64,000 nucleotides of DNA from Eledone cirrhosa (taxonomy: Eukaryota): NCBI GenBank assembly GCA_964016885.1, contig OZ024743.1:28210001-28274000 (forward strand), written 5' to 3'. Each line of letters begins with the position of its first letter. Positions within the stretch are counted from its first letter, which is position 1. The notes below the pieces were generated by a model. That model was not told the origin of the DNA. It ran no database searches and saw nothing but the letters and a program-made list of their open reading frames with translations. The position numbers were made by a program, and so were the translations under genes. Shown in pieces: positions 11,331-24,300 of the stretch.

Positions 11331-11892
11331 AGAGGGGAAGAAAGTACGGTTGAAGTTTAATGAATTTACAAAAACAAAGAAAACTGATCAATTGAGATAC
11401 ACGCAGGAGTAAAAGAAATTAAAATGACATCTTAAATTTTTTCCAGGAGAAAATATTCTTTCATAATTATCAATTGGAAATTATAACACCCTCCAAAATA
11501 TAATGAGTAAAGATTGGTGGCCACCAAATTTAATTAGACACATTTAAAATGCTTATTTTTTAAAATTTTCTACGAATATTATTGGCAGAAAGCTAGGAAG
11601 TTCTTTGTTAATAAACTAATACAAAGGAATGTTTACTGGAGCTGACGGAAAAAGAACTGTGCGCACGAATGCACAGTTTAATTTTCGATTAAAAAAGTAT
11701 GCAAATGGTGAAGACTGAGTCAAAACGCTGTGCATGTGTAATTAATGTGCGTGTAATTAACGGTGATGGTGTGAAGTAATCAACAGAATTGACATGTTAA
11801 ATTTGGTTACGAGTGGATCAACAATCCATTGTATAGAAAACAAAAAAAATATTCTTCCTCATTTAAAGTTGACAAATTCAATTATAGATAAC

Positions 11893-12025
11893 GATTTCTA
11901 ACATAGGCACACGACCACATATCTTGTGGGAGTGGAAGAGTCGGTTAAATCAATTCTATTAATACACTAGGTTCTTATTTTGCCGACCCTGGAATAAGAA
12001 TAGTCAACGTTGAACTCCGAACGTT
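11893..12025 (-). mobile_element. Diverged relative of the (ATT)-tailed SINE
   Basis: TTTCTAACATAGGCACACGACC...TTATTTTGCCGACCC is similar to the SINE 3' half. Confidence 0.5.
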
Positions 12026-12782
12026 ATGAGACTTAACAGATTTAACTTGGATTCTTAGTGTATTTAGTGAAGTTTACTCTATTGCAACCATTCGGTTCAC
12101 GTCTCTGACCTGAGGACACCCGCCTTCTCCCTCACAAGAGCCCTGATTAGGGTGATAGATGCTGTCTTATTCTCAAATACTGAACAGTAAAAAGATGGGG
12201 AAGAAAAAGGGTATTTTGTCTAGTGCACTATCGGTTGCATCATAAACCTCCCTTAATTGCATTACAAATAATTATGACTTGTTCGGATTTATTAATTCCT
12301 AAAATATATTCAGTCACATAAATTCCCTACATTGTGGATGAATGGCTGGAATGTAGATAGATTCCCTAGAATGTTTGAATCTATGGAATTCAGAATATGT
12401 TTGAGCTTCATAAAAATATGCAACAGAAACAAACAGCATCTAAATGTCCCATACCCTATAACCTCGAAAGTAACATTCTATATACGCAAAGAGACAATTA
12501 TCGCCTACAATGTGGAATCTACATTTATGCATACAAACATACATATGCTTACTATTATATATTAAAACGAAATAAATGAAGAAACTTCATTGACGATGAA
12601 GAATTTTCTTACATATTGTTTAGATCAAGGTATCCCAGCATGGGTGAAATATTCCACCAGTGAGCGATTTCGACTGTAATGTGGATGGTGAGAGAAATAA
12701 CACACACACATACTAATATATTCCTTCCATATACTGTACCGATTATGTTGTTATTTCTGTTTACCTTTTACACACGCACACA

Positions 12783-12828
<46 letters not shown>

Positions 12829-12835
<7 letters not shown>

Positions 12836-12925
12836 AAGTAAAATAAAAAGTCAAATGTTTTAAATTTAGCTTCGTTTATTTCTTCGTTTATTTAAACATT
12901 TGACTTTTTATTTTACTTTATTTTA
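12829..12925. repeat. Perfect 32-bp inverted repeat adjacent to (TA)n
   Basis: 12829-12860 is the reverse complement of 12894-12925. Confidence 0.85.
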
Positions 12926-13015
12926 CATTACTCCGGAGTAACCAAACCAACCTGCGCACTTCGCCGAGTGCTCCAGTCTGCATACTGAGGTGTTGGTATA
13001 CAACCAACATATACT

Positions 13016-13125
<110 letters not shown>

Positions 13126-13296
13126 GTATACATATATATATACAGATTTGAGAAAAAGCACAAACCCTCCATCTCAATTCTACTTTTGAAAAACACAAGA
13201 ACTGCGAAACCGGTAAGGGAACCAAATAAATATATTTAAAATAAAAAAGACTCCAGTTGCATTTTAGATTTCATCTTTTTTCCTTATATATATATA

Positions 13297-13535
13297 TGGT
13301 CGGAATTTATCAAGTCGTCCCAGGTTTTTCTGAGTCTGCCTACTCCGTGGCTACCGTCTATTTTTATCGCCCTGCACTTTTTTATACAGCTGTCGACTTT
13401 CATGCGCATCACGTGACCGTACCAACGTAGTCTTCTCTCGAGTAAACAACATCTGATCCCTCTTATTCCTAATAGGGGGTTAAGAACGGAGCCCTGATGA
13501 ACACCAACTTTTACGCTAAACTCTTCACTATATTC
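13297..13535 (-). pseudogene. RTE LINE fragment with internal deletion
   Basis: The RT motif EEFSVKVGVHQGSVLNPLL is fused directly to the C-terminal RRLRWYGHVMRM..GRLRKTW. Confidence 0.85.
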
Positions 13536-13814
13536 GTATATGTGTGTGTATATGCGTGTGTGAGTATTTGTGTGTGTATATGTTTGTGTGTGTGAAAACA
13601 TTCAACTAGCAAAAACAGCGTGAGTGAATAATACAGCACACTGATGTTATATATTAGTATCCAATATTCCCAAATGGCTGCTACACGTGTGTTTTTCCTC
13701 TTGAAACAAATTTCCATTATCTTTATTTATCTCGTTTCTATTTTTCTATTCCCCCGTCTCCCTCATTCTATCTTCCGACGAAGGACTGAAGTCTGAAACC
13801 TTAAAACGATTTCT

Positions 13815-13874
<60 letters not shown>

Positions 13875-15463
13875 ATATTCATGTAATAGACATGAGAATG
13901 AGTGCTCAGTACCGAAGTAGTATTTAAATATTCTTTAGTATGGCAAAGTGGTAAGTCTTGTTACTCTGGAATTTCATCTTTGCACTCACAGGATTATCAA
14001 AGAAGATGATGATCCTGTCACTGCACATGTTTATCTCCAGAATAACAAGACTCACCACATAACCATAATAGAGAATGCTACACAAACAGTTCCTCCTGTA
14101 CCTCAACACTTTCCACAACACCGGGACTGCCGATATCTCACGCGTGTATGTTATATCTAGCATCTCATTACGCACTGAATTACACAATCCCGTCGCTTGT
14201 ATAATCCTTCTTTCCCATCACTCCTTATGCACACTTAATAAACTAGTCTTCTACGCACGCTCGATTCCTATCACAAAAACATATGCATATATACTACGAT
14301 TTTATACATTTCTCTCTCATAATATCTATTTATATCACACACATACAAACATTTTCAAACACACACGCACAAACACATACACACAGACTACTAGTACATG
14401 CATTTATTGTTTAACCCATGCATACTTAAAAGACAAACTATATTGCATGCATATACTAAACATACGTACACCTGCATGCAAAACAGCTCACACGTGTTAT
14501 CATTCATATGCTCACATGTGCAACACTCACTGAGAGAAACAGAACCACATTACATTAATCACATATTTAGACAGCATGTGCAACATACCTACATGCAATC
14601 GATGCACTTCAACCGAGCCCATTACCAGGACTATCAATTAACATGCAAACTCATCTAACACTTCTTAACACTTACTTTAATGCAATCACAAAACCATACA
14701 TAAATATATGTATGACCACACTCACCGTACTAATGACCACCCAGTTGACATAATACTTTATGCACCATTTTTCAATACCCACATTCTTGCTTTTTCTTCA
14801 TTACATTGTTCTCGTTATTTCCTCTTTCTTTTTATTTCTCTCTACCCCTCGTTCTCTATTCTTTCTTTTATCATAAATAACGTACGTCAAAAATGTTAAG
14901 GATATTCAATTATTTCCTTTTTAATTTAGTTGTTAAACTAATACTGTTCATCATTATGTTTGCACTAAAATTAAAACTTCTAGAAGTTAAGAAACTTGCT
15001 TACTTAACACAAACTGTGTAATATTAAATGTAAACTTTATTTAGAATTAAGTAATTAAATTCTTCATTCAAAATTATTAATAAATAAATTATCTTATTGT
15101 GTCATCTTATTCCATTTTCATCAAGCCAATGAATAAGACAAGATACTTTTGTTCGCTTTCATATGACGATATAAAACAGAGACATTTCTTTGAGAAGTTA
15201 GTTTGTGTTCATACACAACGGAAATGGACATTTTCATATAGGAAAATATAATTCAATTGTTCTATCTAAACTATTATCTACCCATAGAATAATAATGGAA
15301 TTCTGTCATCGAGATTGTTATGTAAACACGAAAAATCTACTTTTATTTGAATAACCTTATTCAGAATGAGCAAACTGCTGTAATATAAACCACCCTCCAG
15401 TATATATATACACACAATCATACGTGTAAACACACATGCACAGACAGACACACAAAGACACAG

Positions 15464-15498
<35 letters not shown>

Positions 15499-15795
15499 AA
15501 TGTAATATATATATATCGATATATTAATACAAATTACGATATATTATATATACTAATACATTCATATATACAGCATACACCCATATATCTCTATCGTTAT
15601 ATCTATGTATCTATCTGTCTGTTTGTCTATTTGCTAATCACTCTTATATGCATGTATATATGATTTGATATAAATGAACCAGTTCTAGTTGTGTAGAAGT
15701 CATTCTATATAAACTAAAGATGTCAATAATTTTCTATGGTATTGAGTACCTTTTTTAACCGAGTTCACCTCCCGACACCCATCTGGAATCCTCTC

Positions 15796-15874
<79 letters not shown>
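15796..15874. repeat. (TATC)n microsatellite, 5' flank of Tx1 element A
   Basis: Read directly; the repeat resumes at 21655 after the element. Confidence 0.95.
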
Positions 15875-16092
15875 CGATGGACACATGTGCTGAGCTCGCT
15901 CGGTAAGTTTTTGTTTAAATTCATACGGAAATTGTAAACTGTAAACTTTCATTTTTGTACCATTTTGTAGAGGGACTGCCAGGTCAAATTTTGATCTGGT
16001 CGGTCTCTCAAAATATTCTGCGCCTTTGGGCGAAATAGTATTGTGAACATTTTATCTTTCGAAAAACTTCGAAAAACCCTATTTTGAGAAAA

Positions 16093-16272
16093 ATGGCTGA
16101 AGCATCTTCACCATCAATCAAAGAAGGAAAGGGGAAGTCATACTCACAGCTTCCCCCTGCCACTGTCACAGCAGCAGATGCCAAAGGCAGAGGTCAGAGA
16201 GAGGAAGAATTGTCTTCACCTGTTGACCGACCACTAGATGTAGCCACAACTACACAAGAATTTGAAAACAAC

Positions 16273-16303
<31 letters not shown>

Positions 16304-17955
16304 GCAACAATAAAGACAACAAAAACAACAACAACACAAACGTCACAAGTATCCACACACCAAACGAGAAAGACAACAACAACAACAAAGATGAAAACAA
16401 CTCAAACGACGAGAAACAAAACAATACTAAAATCCAAAGCGAAAACAAAATATCTTTTGCACAAACGGCTAAATTATCAGTCGCGTATGTGCTTGAAGAT
16501 ATTTCAAAAGCAAAAGAAATGCTGGAAAAAGCCAAGAAATATGTATCTTTTGGCGAAAACGGTTCGTTTTCTATACATTCACCTCCAGAACTAAAAAAAC
16601 AGACGGAATTACGAACTGTCATATTCCGAACAATTTTAAATAAAACAAAGAAACCAACGCAACCATCTCAAGCCGAAATTCAGTTAGTCTTGAAAGACGC
16701 GATGAGCGACATCACTTTTATACAAAAGGATAAACTCTATGGGAGTTTATCCATATTGATGAAAGACGAATTGGCGGCGAAAAAATACTCTGTGTCGCCA
16801 ATTCGGTCCACACACTACACCTTCTTCCCCACCTACATGGGTAAAAAAACCCAGAGGATATGGATAACCACCATCACCCCAAACATAAACTACTGGCGGT
16901 TACTAACCGGCTTCCTCAATTTAGACGAGGACAACCTCATTTCAATAGGGAAGGCATCCGGCGACGCGTTCAGTGGAACGAGCATCGAAGTTCTGACCCA
17001 AATAAGGCCAGAACGCATCGCCCAAATCCCTGAGCGCGTCATGCTGGATGACCGTACCCACCTCAACATTATTGTGGAGGGTAGCGTCCCTCCTGTTTCC
17101 TCTGTGGCAATAGAGGTCACCTGAGGGCTGCCTGTCCCCAGCTCACACAGAAAAAAACACTGCTACCAACACCAACACCGCCCCAACAACAACAACAAAA
17201 ACAACCACAACAACAACAACAACAAAAACCAACAACCCCACCACAACCACAACAACAACAACAACAACAAACACGTGAAAAAATAACACAGAATACCGTC
17301 CCACCCAATCCCTCCCCACCCAAAACAAATACAAAAACACACACACCGCAAACACTACCAGAAAACATACCCCTCCCACCCAACAAGGAAGACGAACCCC
17401 TTTCGTCGCAAGACGAAAAAGATCCCTTCCAACAAGTAAAAAGAAAGAAGAGGAGACGCACCACAGACACACATGTTAACTTTAACCCCCCCCCCCAAGA
17501 GAACACAAACTACACACAAACCACCCCTCCCTGTCACACAACACTATTTGCTACACAAAAAAAGACCTTGCAATATACATACATGAACACAGACAACAAA
17601 GAATTACGGAAAACAATTTCAGCAAACCCTTCGGTCCAAACCGAAGGGCCTAACTTTAAAACTGCTGTGGGACTACCTCATTTAAAAATGATAAAAGTCC
17701 CAATGCACTTGTACAAAACACTGAAAATAAATTTCACGGAGGACGTGCCCCCCCCCCCCCCCTGCGCCAAACCAATTAACCGCGTCCTCCTAAAAAATTC
17801 CCCCCCCCCACCCAGACATCCACTCAACCACAAACACCCCAACCCCACAACACACCGATGCCCCTTCACTTCCACAAACCACCACCCCACCCAACAACCC
17901 ATCCCCAACCAGCATGGAAATTGAGCGGCCCGTTTCCCGGGACGCAGAGAGGTAA
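16093..17955 (+). pseudogene. Tx1 ORF1 (gag-like, zinc knuckle), frameshifted
   Basis: ORF 16084-17124. After a 1-nt shift near 17083 it continues RPSCFLCGNRGHLRAAC (CX2CX4HX4C), then a Q/T/P-rich region ending MEIERPVSRDAER*. Confidence 0.8.
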
Positions 17956-17979
17956 GTGCCTTTTCTCCTTACCACCAAC

Positions 17980-20900
17980 ATGGCTGTGCTAAGAGTAGGG
18001 TGTCTAAATGCGCGTGGCCTGGGCTCGTCTTGGAAGCAAGCAATGCTTCTAAATGACCTCAGGTCACAATCTATAAATGTGATGGTTATCTGCGAGGCCC
18101 GGATCAGCAGCATGCGACAGCTAGCCCCCACCTTTGACGACTTTGAGATGCACGCATCTCTCTGTCAGCCCGGAGGTGGGGGTGGGGTTGTCGTTCTGCT
18201 GCAAAAACATATGGGCCTTGCAACACAGATAGTTCACTTGGACCCAGGGGGTCGACTGGTGGTGCTGGACCTTGGCAGTGGTGAAGGTAGAGCCTTTAGG
18301 CTGGTAGCCGCATATGCCCCTTTTGGGACTGAGCGGTCCGACTTTTTCCAGCGTCTGGAGTCTTTTAGTGGGGGATTGGAATGGTATCCTGGATGCACGT
18401 TGGGACTATGCAGGGGCATGTCCCGATAGGGAGGGGTGCAACAGCCTCAAGGGGTTACTCGGCCGATTTGACCTGGCCGATAGATTTCGACTAGATTTTC
18501 CGACGGTGCCAACCTGGTCTTGGTCAAATCGCAGCGGATCATCTAGGTCGTACCTAGATAGATTTTTAGTTAGAAATAAGGACAGGGACTTTTTAAGTTG
18601 TCCAGAAATGCTCATGGTTGGCTATTCAGACCACAAATTGGTGACCTGCATGGTCAACCTTGATAGAACGCATAGACAGGGCCCCGGTTACTGGAAGCTC
18701 AACTTCTCCTTGCCGGCAAGTAGAGCCTACAGGGATCGGATTAGTACGTTAGTTAAGGAACGGTTGACTGGAGCGATCGTCAACAGCAGGTGGTGGGTAT
18801 CTCTAAAGAGAGAGATTAGAGTAGTCTCGATAGAATTTAGTAAGGTTCTAGCTGCGGATAGGAATAGGAAGGAAAGGGAGCTAATACATAGAGTAGAAGA
18901 GGCAATTAGAAGCGGCGACGTGGCCAGAGTGCTAGCGTCGAGAACGGCTTTGAGCCAGTTTTTCGACGCGAAGCACGAAGGCTGCGTTGTCCGAAGTAAA
19001 ATACGTGCTCTAGGGAACGAGGGGACCAAAGCTGTTAGCTGGGCCCGCGTGACAGAGGCCAACAGTGGAACTAAATCCACCATCCGGTCTTTGCGAGACC
19101 TGGATGGACGGACGATTCTTGAGCCTAAGCAGATGTGTGAGGCCTTTCAAAGGCACTTTGCCCGACTGTTCGGGAGGGGCGGGGAGCCGGTTGGGAACGT
19201 GGACTTCGGTCCATACCTCGACGGCCTGCCGCGCCTCTCGGACAGGGAGGCGAAGTCCTGCGAGGAGCCGATTTCGGCCGCTGAGATAGAGGACGTGCTG
19301 AGCCAATGCGGCAAACGCAAATCCCCGGGTCTCGATGGTCTTCCTTACGAATTATATCTAGCTATGCCGGACTTGTTCCCCGATCTCCTCGAGGCGGTCT
19401 ACTGCAACTGGCAACAGAACGGGAGAATTCCCTGTACTGTGACCAAGGGCCTAGTCACGCTAGTGAGGAAGGACGAGAACAAGGGGGACGAAATAAGTAA
19501 CTTCAGGCCCATAACTCTGCTAAATACAGAGTTACAGATTTTGGCCAAGGTGCTAGCAAAGAGGTTGGCGCTTGTCGTGGGCAACCTGGTGGGAGATGCG
19601 CAGACATGCGCTATCCCGTCCAGGTCCATCCATGACAACCTCCACCTCATGCGATACATCATAGAGAGGGTTGGGAACGAACCCGGCTTTGGTGGGGCTC
19701 TGATCAACTTGGATCAATCTAAGGCGTTCGATAGGGTCGACCATGGTTACCTGGATGCGGTGCTAGCGGCGGCAGGCTTCGGACCCGTTTTCAGGGGCTG
19801 GATCACTGCTATGCACAGCAGCCGCATCTGCTCTAGGGTCAAGGTGAAAGGCTACCTCTCGGAGCCGTTCAAAATCGCGCGGTCCATCCGACAAGGGTGC
19901 CCTCTCTCCTCCCTTCTGTATGTGTTGACTCTCGAGCCACTACTGCGGAAGTTGGAGTTGTTGCAGGGCATCCATTTGGAACCGGGATTGCGGAAAGCGG
20001 TGTCGGCCTACGCCGATGACGTGACAGTAATGGTGTCGACGGCCTCCGAAATCGAGGCGGTCGGCACCTTACTGGAGGAGTACGAAAGGTTCACAGGGCT
20101 AAGCTGAACCGGGACAAGTCGATCGGTTTGCAACTCGGCACGTGGAGGGGCAGACCGATGCCCTCCGATGGCGTCGTCGGACGCTGGACGGAGGGCCCGG
20201 TGAAGTTGCTCGGGGTCTGGTTCGGACCGGACCTCCAGGTGGAGAAAAACTGGGCGGAGGTTACGAACAGGGTGTTTGCACTGACCCAGAAGTGGGCCAG
20301 TTGCAAACTATCCCTGAAAGGTCGGGCGGAGGTGGCGAACACCTACATAGCGCCCGTCATCTACTACCGCCTGACCGTAGTGCCCTGCCCAAGGGAAACC
20401 CTCACCAAGATGGAGCGCGCACTCTTCCAATTCCTTTGGAAGAGGCGGGCTCCTATGGTGAGGAGATCCATCTGCTGTCAACACCCTTCGAAAGGAGGGC
20501 TGGGGATGCCGTGGCTAATGATGCGTAAACACGCATTAAGGCTACGGCACCTCTACGTATTCCTCACCGGTCAACCGGTGTGTGCCTCGTTTGTGAGACG
20601 AACCTTTCCCAGACTCGTCTCACTCACCGAGCTGCAATCCTGGGTCAAGCAAAGACCGAGAAAACTGGGCGCCTGGCACACTGAGTGTGCCCAGGCGCTC
20701 ACCGCCCTATGGCAGGCGGATCCGGTTATCAGTGGAGACTCCACCGCAACATTCTATAGGGGGCTGGTACGCAGCAGGTGCGACGACGCCCTCGGAGAAG
20801 CCCTAGACATGGAGGAGGACGAACTGGCCAGCCTGTTCGGTAGGACATTCAGCCCGGGACCTATGGACAACTTCCAGAAGTCCCTGGCCTGGCAGTGCTA

Positions 20901-21390
20901 CCGAGGGGCTTTACCCGTTCGAGAAAGGCTCTACAGACACGGGCGCCCGGGTAGGGACCCCGCCAAAAAGATCTGTCCCAGATGCGTGTGTGACGAGGAA
21001 ACCGTTGCACACGCATTGGTACACTGCTCGGGCGTAGCCGATCTGTGGGGCTATGTCGAACAACTGCTGTCAAGGGTGGGACCGATCCGGTTGACCACCG
21101 AGTCTATTGTAATGATCAAGCCGCCTCCCCCCTTCAAAGATGAAGCAGAGGCGGTGTTTCTGTGCGTAATAGCCATGGCGAAAGAGGTTGTATGGTGGAC
21201 GCGTCTGAAAGGACTGAGGTCAGGCACCTTTCTCTCTGGCCAACAACTGGTCCGTTTCTTCCGATATCATTTCGGAAGAAGGATCAGGATGGAGAGAGAG
21301 GTGCTGCACCCCAGTCGTTTTTATGAAAGGTGGGTGAAAGTGGCGAGAATGGCCCGTGTGAATGGGCCTTCTCTTTACATAAGCCTGTAG
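17980..21390 (+). pseudogene. Tx1 ORF2 (APE endonuclease, reverse transcriptase, C-terminal Zn), about two frameshifts
   Basis: Motifs LNARGL, GDWN, SYLDRF, YSDH, KSPGLDG, RPITLLN, DQSKAFDRV, RQGCPLS, YADD, CPRC..H..C. Breaks at ~18365 and ~20100. Confidence 0.92.
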
Positions 21391-21656
21391 GTGGAAAGGA
21401 GGAAGGAACGAGGGAGCACCCCCTCTCTGTGCTCCTGAGGAAAAGGGTTGCACACTTTTTTCGGGGGTGTGTGCGACCCCCCAAGGCGCCTCCTCTCTAT
21501 TGAGGATTTTGTTATAAATTTTATTTTTTGTTATATCTTATTTTATTTTTATATTTTGTTATTGCCTCCTCCTTATTGAGGACGCCTTTTTGTGTAAACT
21601 CCCCCCTTTGTACTTGTCCCACTTTTGATGCCCTAGTGGCAAATAAAAGAAACATA

Positions 21657-21687
<31 letters not shown>

Positions 21688-21729
21688 ATCTATTTATCCA
21701 TCTATTTATATATCATCTATCTGTTTCTT

Positions 21730-24300
21730 TCTTATTCGGGTATTAGATTTCCTAATTACTCGTACCTGTTACAAATTCCAACATAGGATATATTTTCATC
21801 TATCCCTAAGTGTCTGTAGCATTGCACGCCTGGTACTGGTGAAGCAGTCAAGCCATTGATAGTGTTGTTAATAGATTGACTTGCATTTTTTCATCGCTTT
21901 ATAATCATGTAGGAATATTTCTCCTGGCCAAACTACATACCTATATCTTTCGAGAATGTCGCAACCAGATCAAAGTCTTTTTCATAGCATTTATAATCTT
22001 GGCATACAGAAAGAAGCTATGCCTTTAGTTAATGTTTCTGGCCTCCTCTAAATCAATTATGTATCCTTCATATTTCCTAGGCATAAAGGACAAGAGGAGT
22101 ATAAAAAGCATCTCAGTGAGGTTGTCTTCTTGAGATATACTCCTGTGTTACTCAATTTTATCAGTGACAATATAGACCTCCTTCTCTGAATTTAACTTCA
22201 GGGTGGTGACAGAGGAAGAAGATAGGTTTTCTAAGGCTCTTATTTAACTTTCTTGGACTTTAGCGAATCGAAAGGCTTCTAGCATCCAAGAGTGGGAAGC
22301 ATATTCGAATCCTTTCCTTTAAACCTACCAGACTGTAATCAAGTTCCTCCTATGTCACTGTACCTCTGACATTGCAGTTTCGTTAATTAAGAGTTGCTCA
22401 TCATCACATCCCAAACGTCTTTCTTCCCAGCTGCTTGCTAATCTGTGATGATATTGCAATTGCCACAGTGATCTTAGAGGAATGCATTACAACAGGCTAT
22501 ATATATTATATATATTAGGTTCTGGCACACAATGAGGCGGTAGTTTTTTTCCAAGAGGGTCTCCTTGTTTGGGGAAACCAATCTTGTCTTTGGTAATGTC
22601 AACCAGCTTGATATATGTGTATCTCTTTTGAGAGTTTGCTGGCAAAGTTTGATAAGATAGAGAAAGTCTGTTTTCCTTTTCGTACCAGTAGCCGACAATC
22701 AAGTATCTTCCTGGTGCTTTCTTATCTTGAAGTTTTCCTATCACAGTCTCAAGAGTATCATCATTGATGCTGTATGTTTTTTGATGTAATGCAGAGGCAA
22801 GAGTGCGTTTCGATTTCTTTCAACAATACTGCATCATAGTTGAACTTCTTTTCCTCACTCATATCTTTCTCCAGAACAAATCTATGACTTTCTGGCACGG
22901 GGCGTCGATATCATTTATTGACTTTTCCTCTCGTATCTCTAATGATGTTTGGTTTCGGTGTATCTTTTATTAATCATACTTAATTCAGCCACTCTCTTCT
23001 GACGTCGGAGTTTCTCACTGACAGCTTTCTATTCTTGTTTTAGTGTGATCAATTTGTATTGAAAATATCTGCCTTCACTGTTTCCTAACATAATCCCTAT
23101 TTTTTCCCTCTCTGTTTATAAGGAATGTAATTTTGTGTGTGTTTTCGCTTACATGTGATAGTCATTGTCACGTGGCAGACAGGTCAACGATCCTTTTTAC
23201 TATTTCTGAAATATATGCATTTTTGTGTGTTCTTTTCTGTTAACATTTCTTGTAAAACCAGGATAATGCTTTACAGTCATCGCAATGGCATCCATACAAG
23301 CGTTAATTTTCTAAAGTGTAGGAGTTTTGATTTGTCGTAAATATTCACCTCCAATTTCGTTCATAGCACGCATCATTTCTTTATTCAGTTTCTTGTTTAA
23401 TATTGTCGATTTATATTTCTTCTTAAAAGTAAATTTTATAAATGAATTAATTTCTTTTAGTAAAGTTTCACCAAGAACATATTCTTGATAATTGTACTCT
23501 TCACTCTCTCAACTAATGGGAGATTTGTTATCATTGACAGTATTTTGATGTTGATGGTTATCGTGACTGCGAAATATAGCTGTCGATGTAAAGCCTGTTG
23601 AGATACGTGGTGTCAAATTTATCGTCAGCATTGCTGTTTCAAAAAACTGTTTGTGAGTTGTTGTAGTTTGTTGTTGATGATCATACTGGTTACGAGAAAT
23701 CATGGTAACATATCGGCCTGTAATGACATGTGTTGATTTCTTGTTTGAACTAGGAGAATACTCATTTACTGTTGTAATTTGTTGAGGTTTCACACTTTCA
23801 TTATTGAATTGGATATTTATGTTATTTCTACACTCGATTAACTTTGCTTGATAGCGTAATTGTTTGACTGTGAAATAATTTAGCTCTGTGTGAAGTTCGT
23901 CCAATTGTAGCTTCATTCTGTTCATATAGTCAACAGAGTGATGTTTTCCATTTTATAGATGTTTTCCAATTAAATAGATCATTATTGAGTTCGTAGCCCC
24001 AAGAAAAATGCGATTAATAGTTTCATTCCTTCTGTAACTACAACTAAAACGATTCTGTTTATTCCTATCGTTGTTGTTTGTCTTTGATTCTTTACTAGTG
24101 TTGTTGATATCGATGTTGTCGTGCCCTTTCATATTATTTGTAATAAATCTTTGTATTTAGAATTCAATTTGTCGACTGATATCTCTACGAATTCGAATGA
24201 ATGATGTCCTCAGTGAATATCACCCGAAGCATTTCCAGGCTGGTAGTTGTGGTATTACTGTTGAAGATAATATCAAATTCATGAATAGACATCCACATTT
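21730..24300 (-). pseudogene. Heavily decayed R4/Dong-type LINE
   Basis: Remnant motifs KKAPGRYLIVGYWYEK, GCDDEQLLINE and TFSKDIGM*FG match 47541-50933 (KSPGPDGVQGYW, KDQLLID, FSSDICMQFG). Boundaries are approximate. Confidence 0.7.

Larger units (their letters stand above)
15875..21654 (+). mobile_element. Full-length Tx1-clade L1 LINE (element A) inserted in (TATC)n
   Basis: 5'UTR, ORF1 with CCHC knuckle, ORF2 APE-RT-CCHC, and 3'UTR with AATAAA. (TATC)n lies on both sides. Confidence 0.93.

Noticed and set aside
13948-14160. Possible GIY-YIG remnant (HRIIKEDDDPVTAH)
   Set aside because: The similarity is too weak to support without a profile search.
17078-17090. Possible programmed frameshift before the ORF1 zinc knuckle
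   Set aside because: Elements B and C read through this point in frame and there is no slippery heptamer, so it is a private 1-nt deletion or sequencing error.
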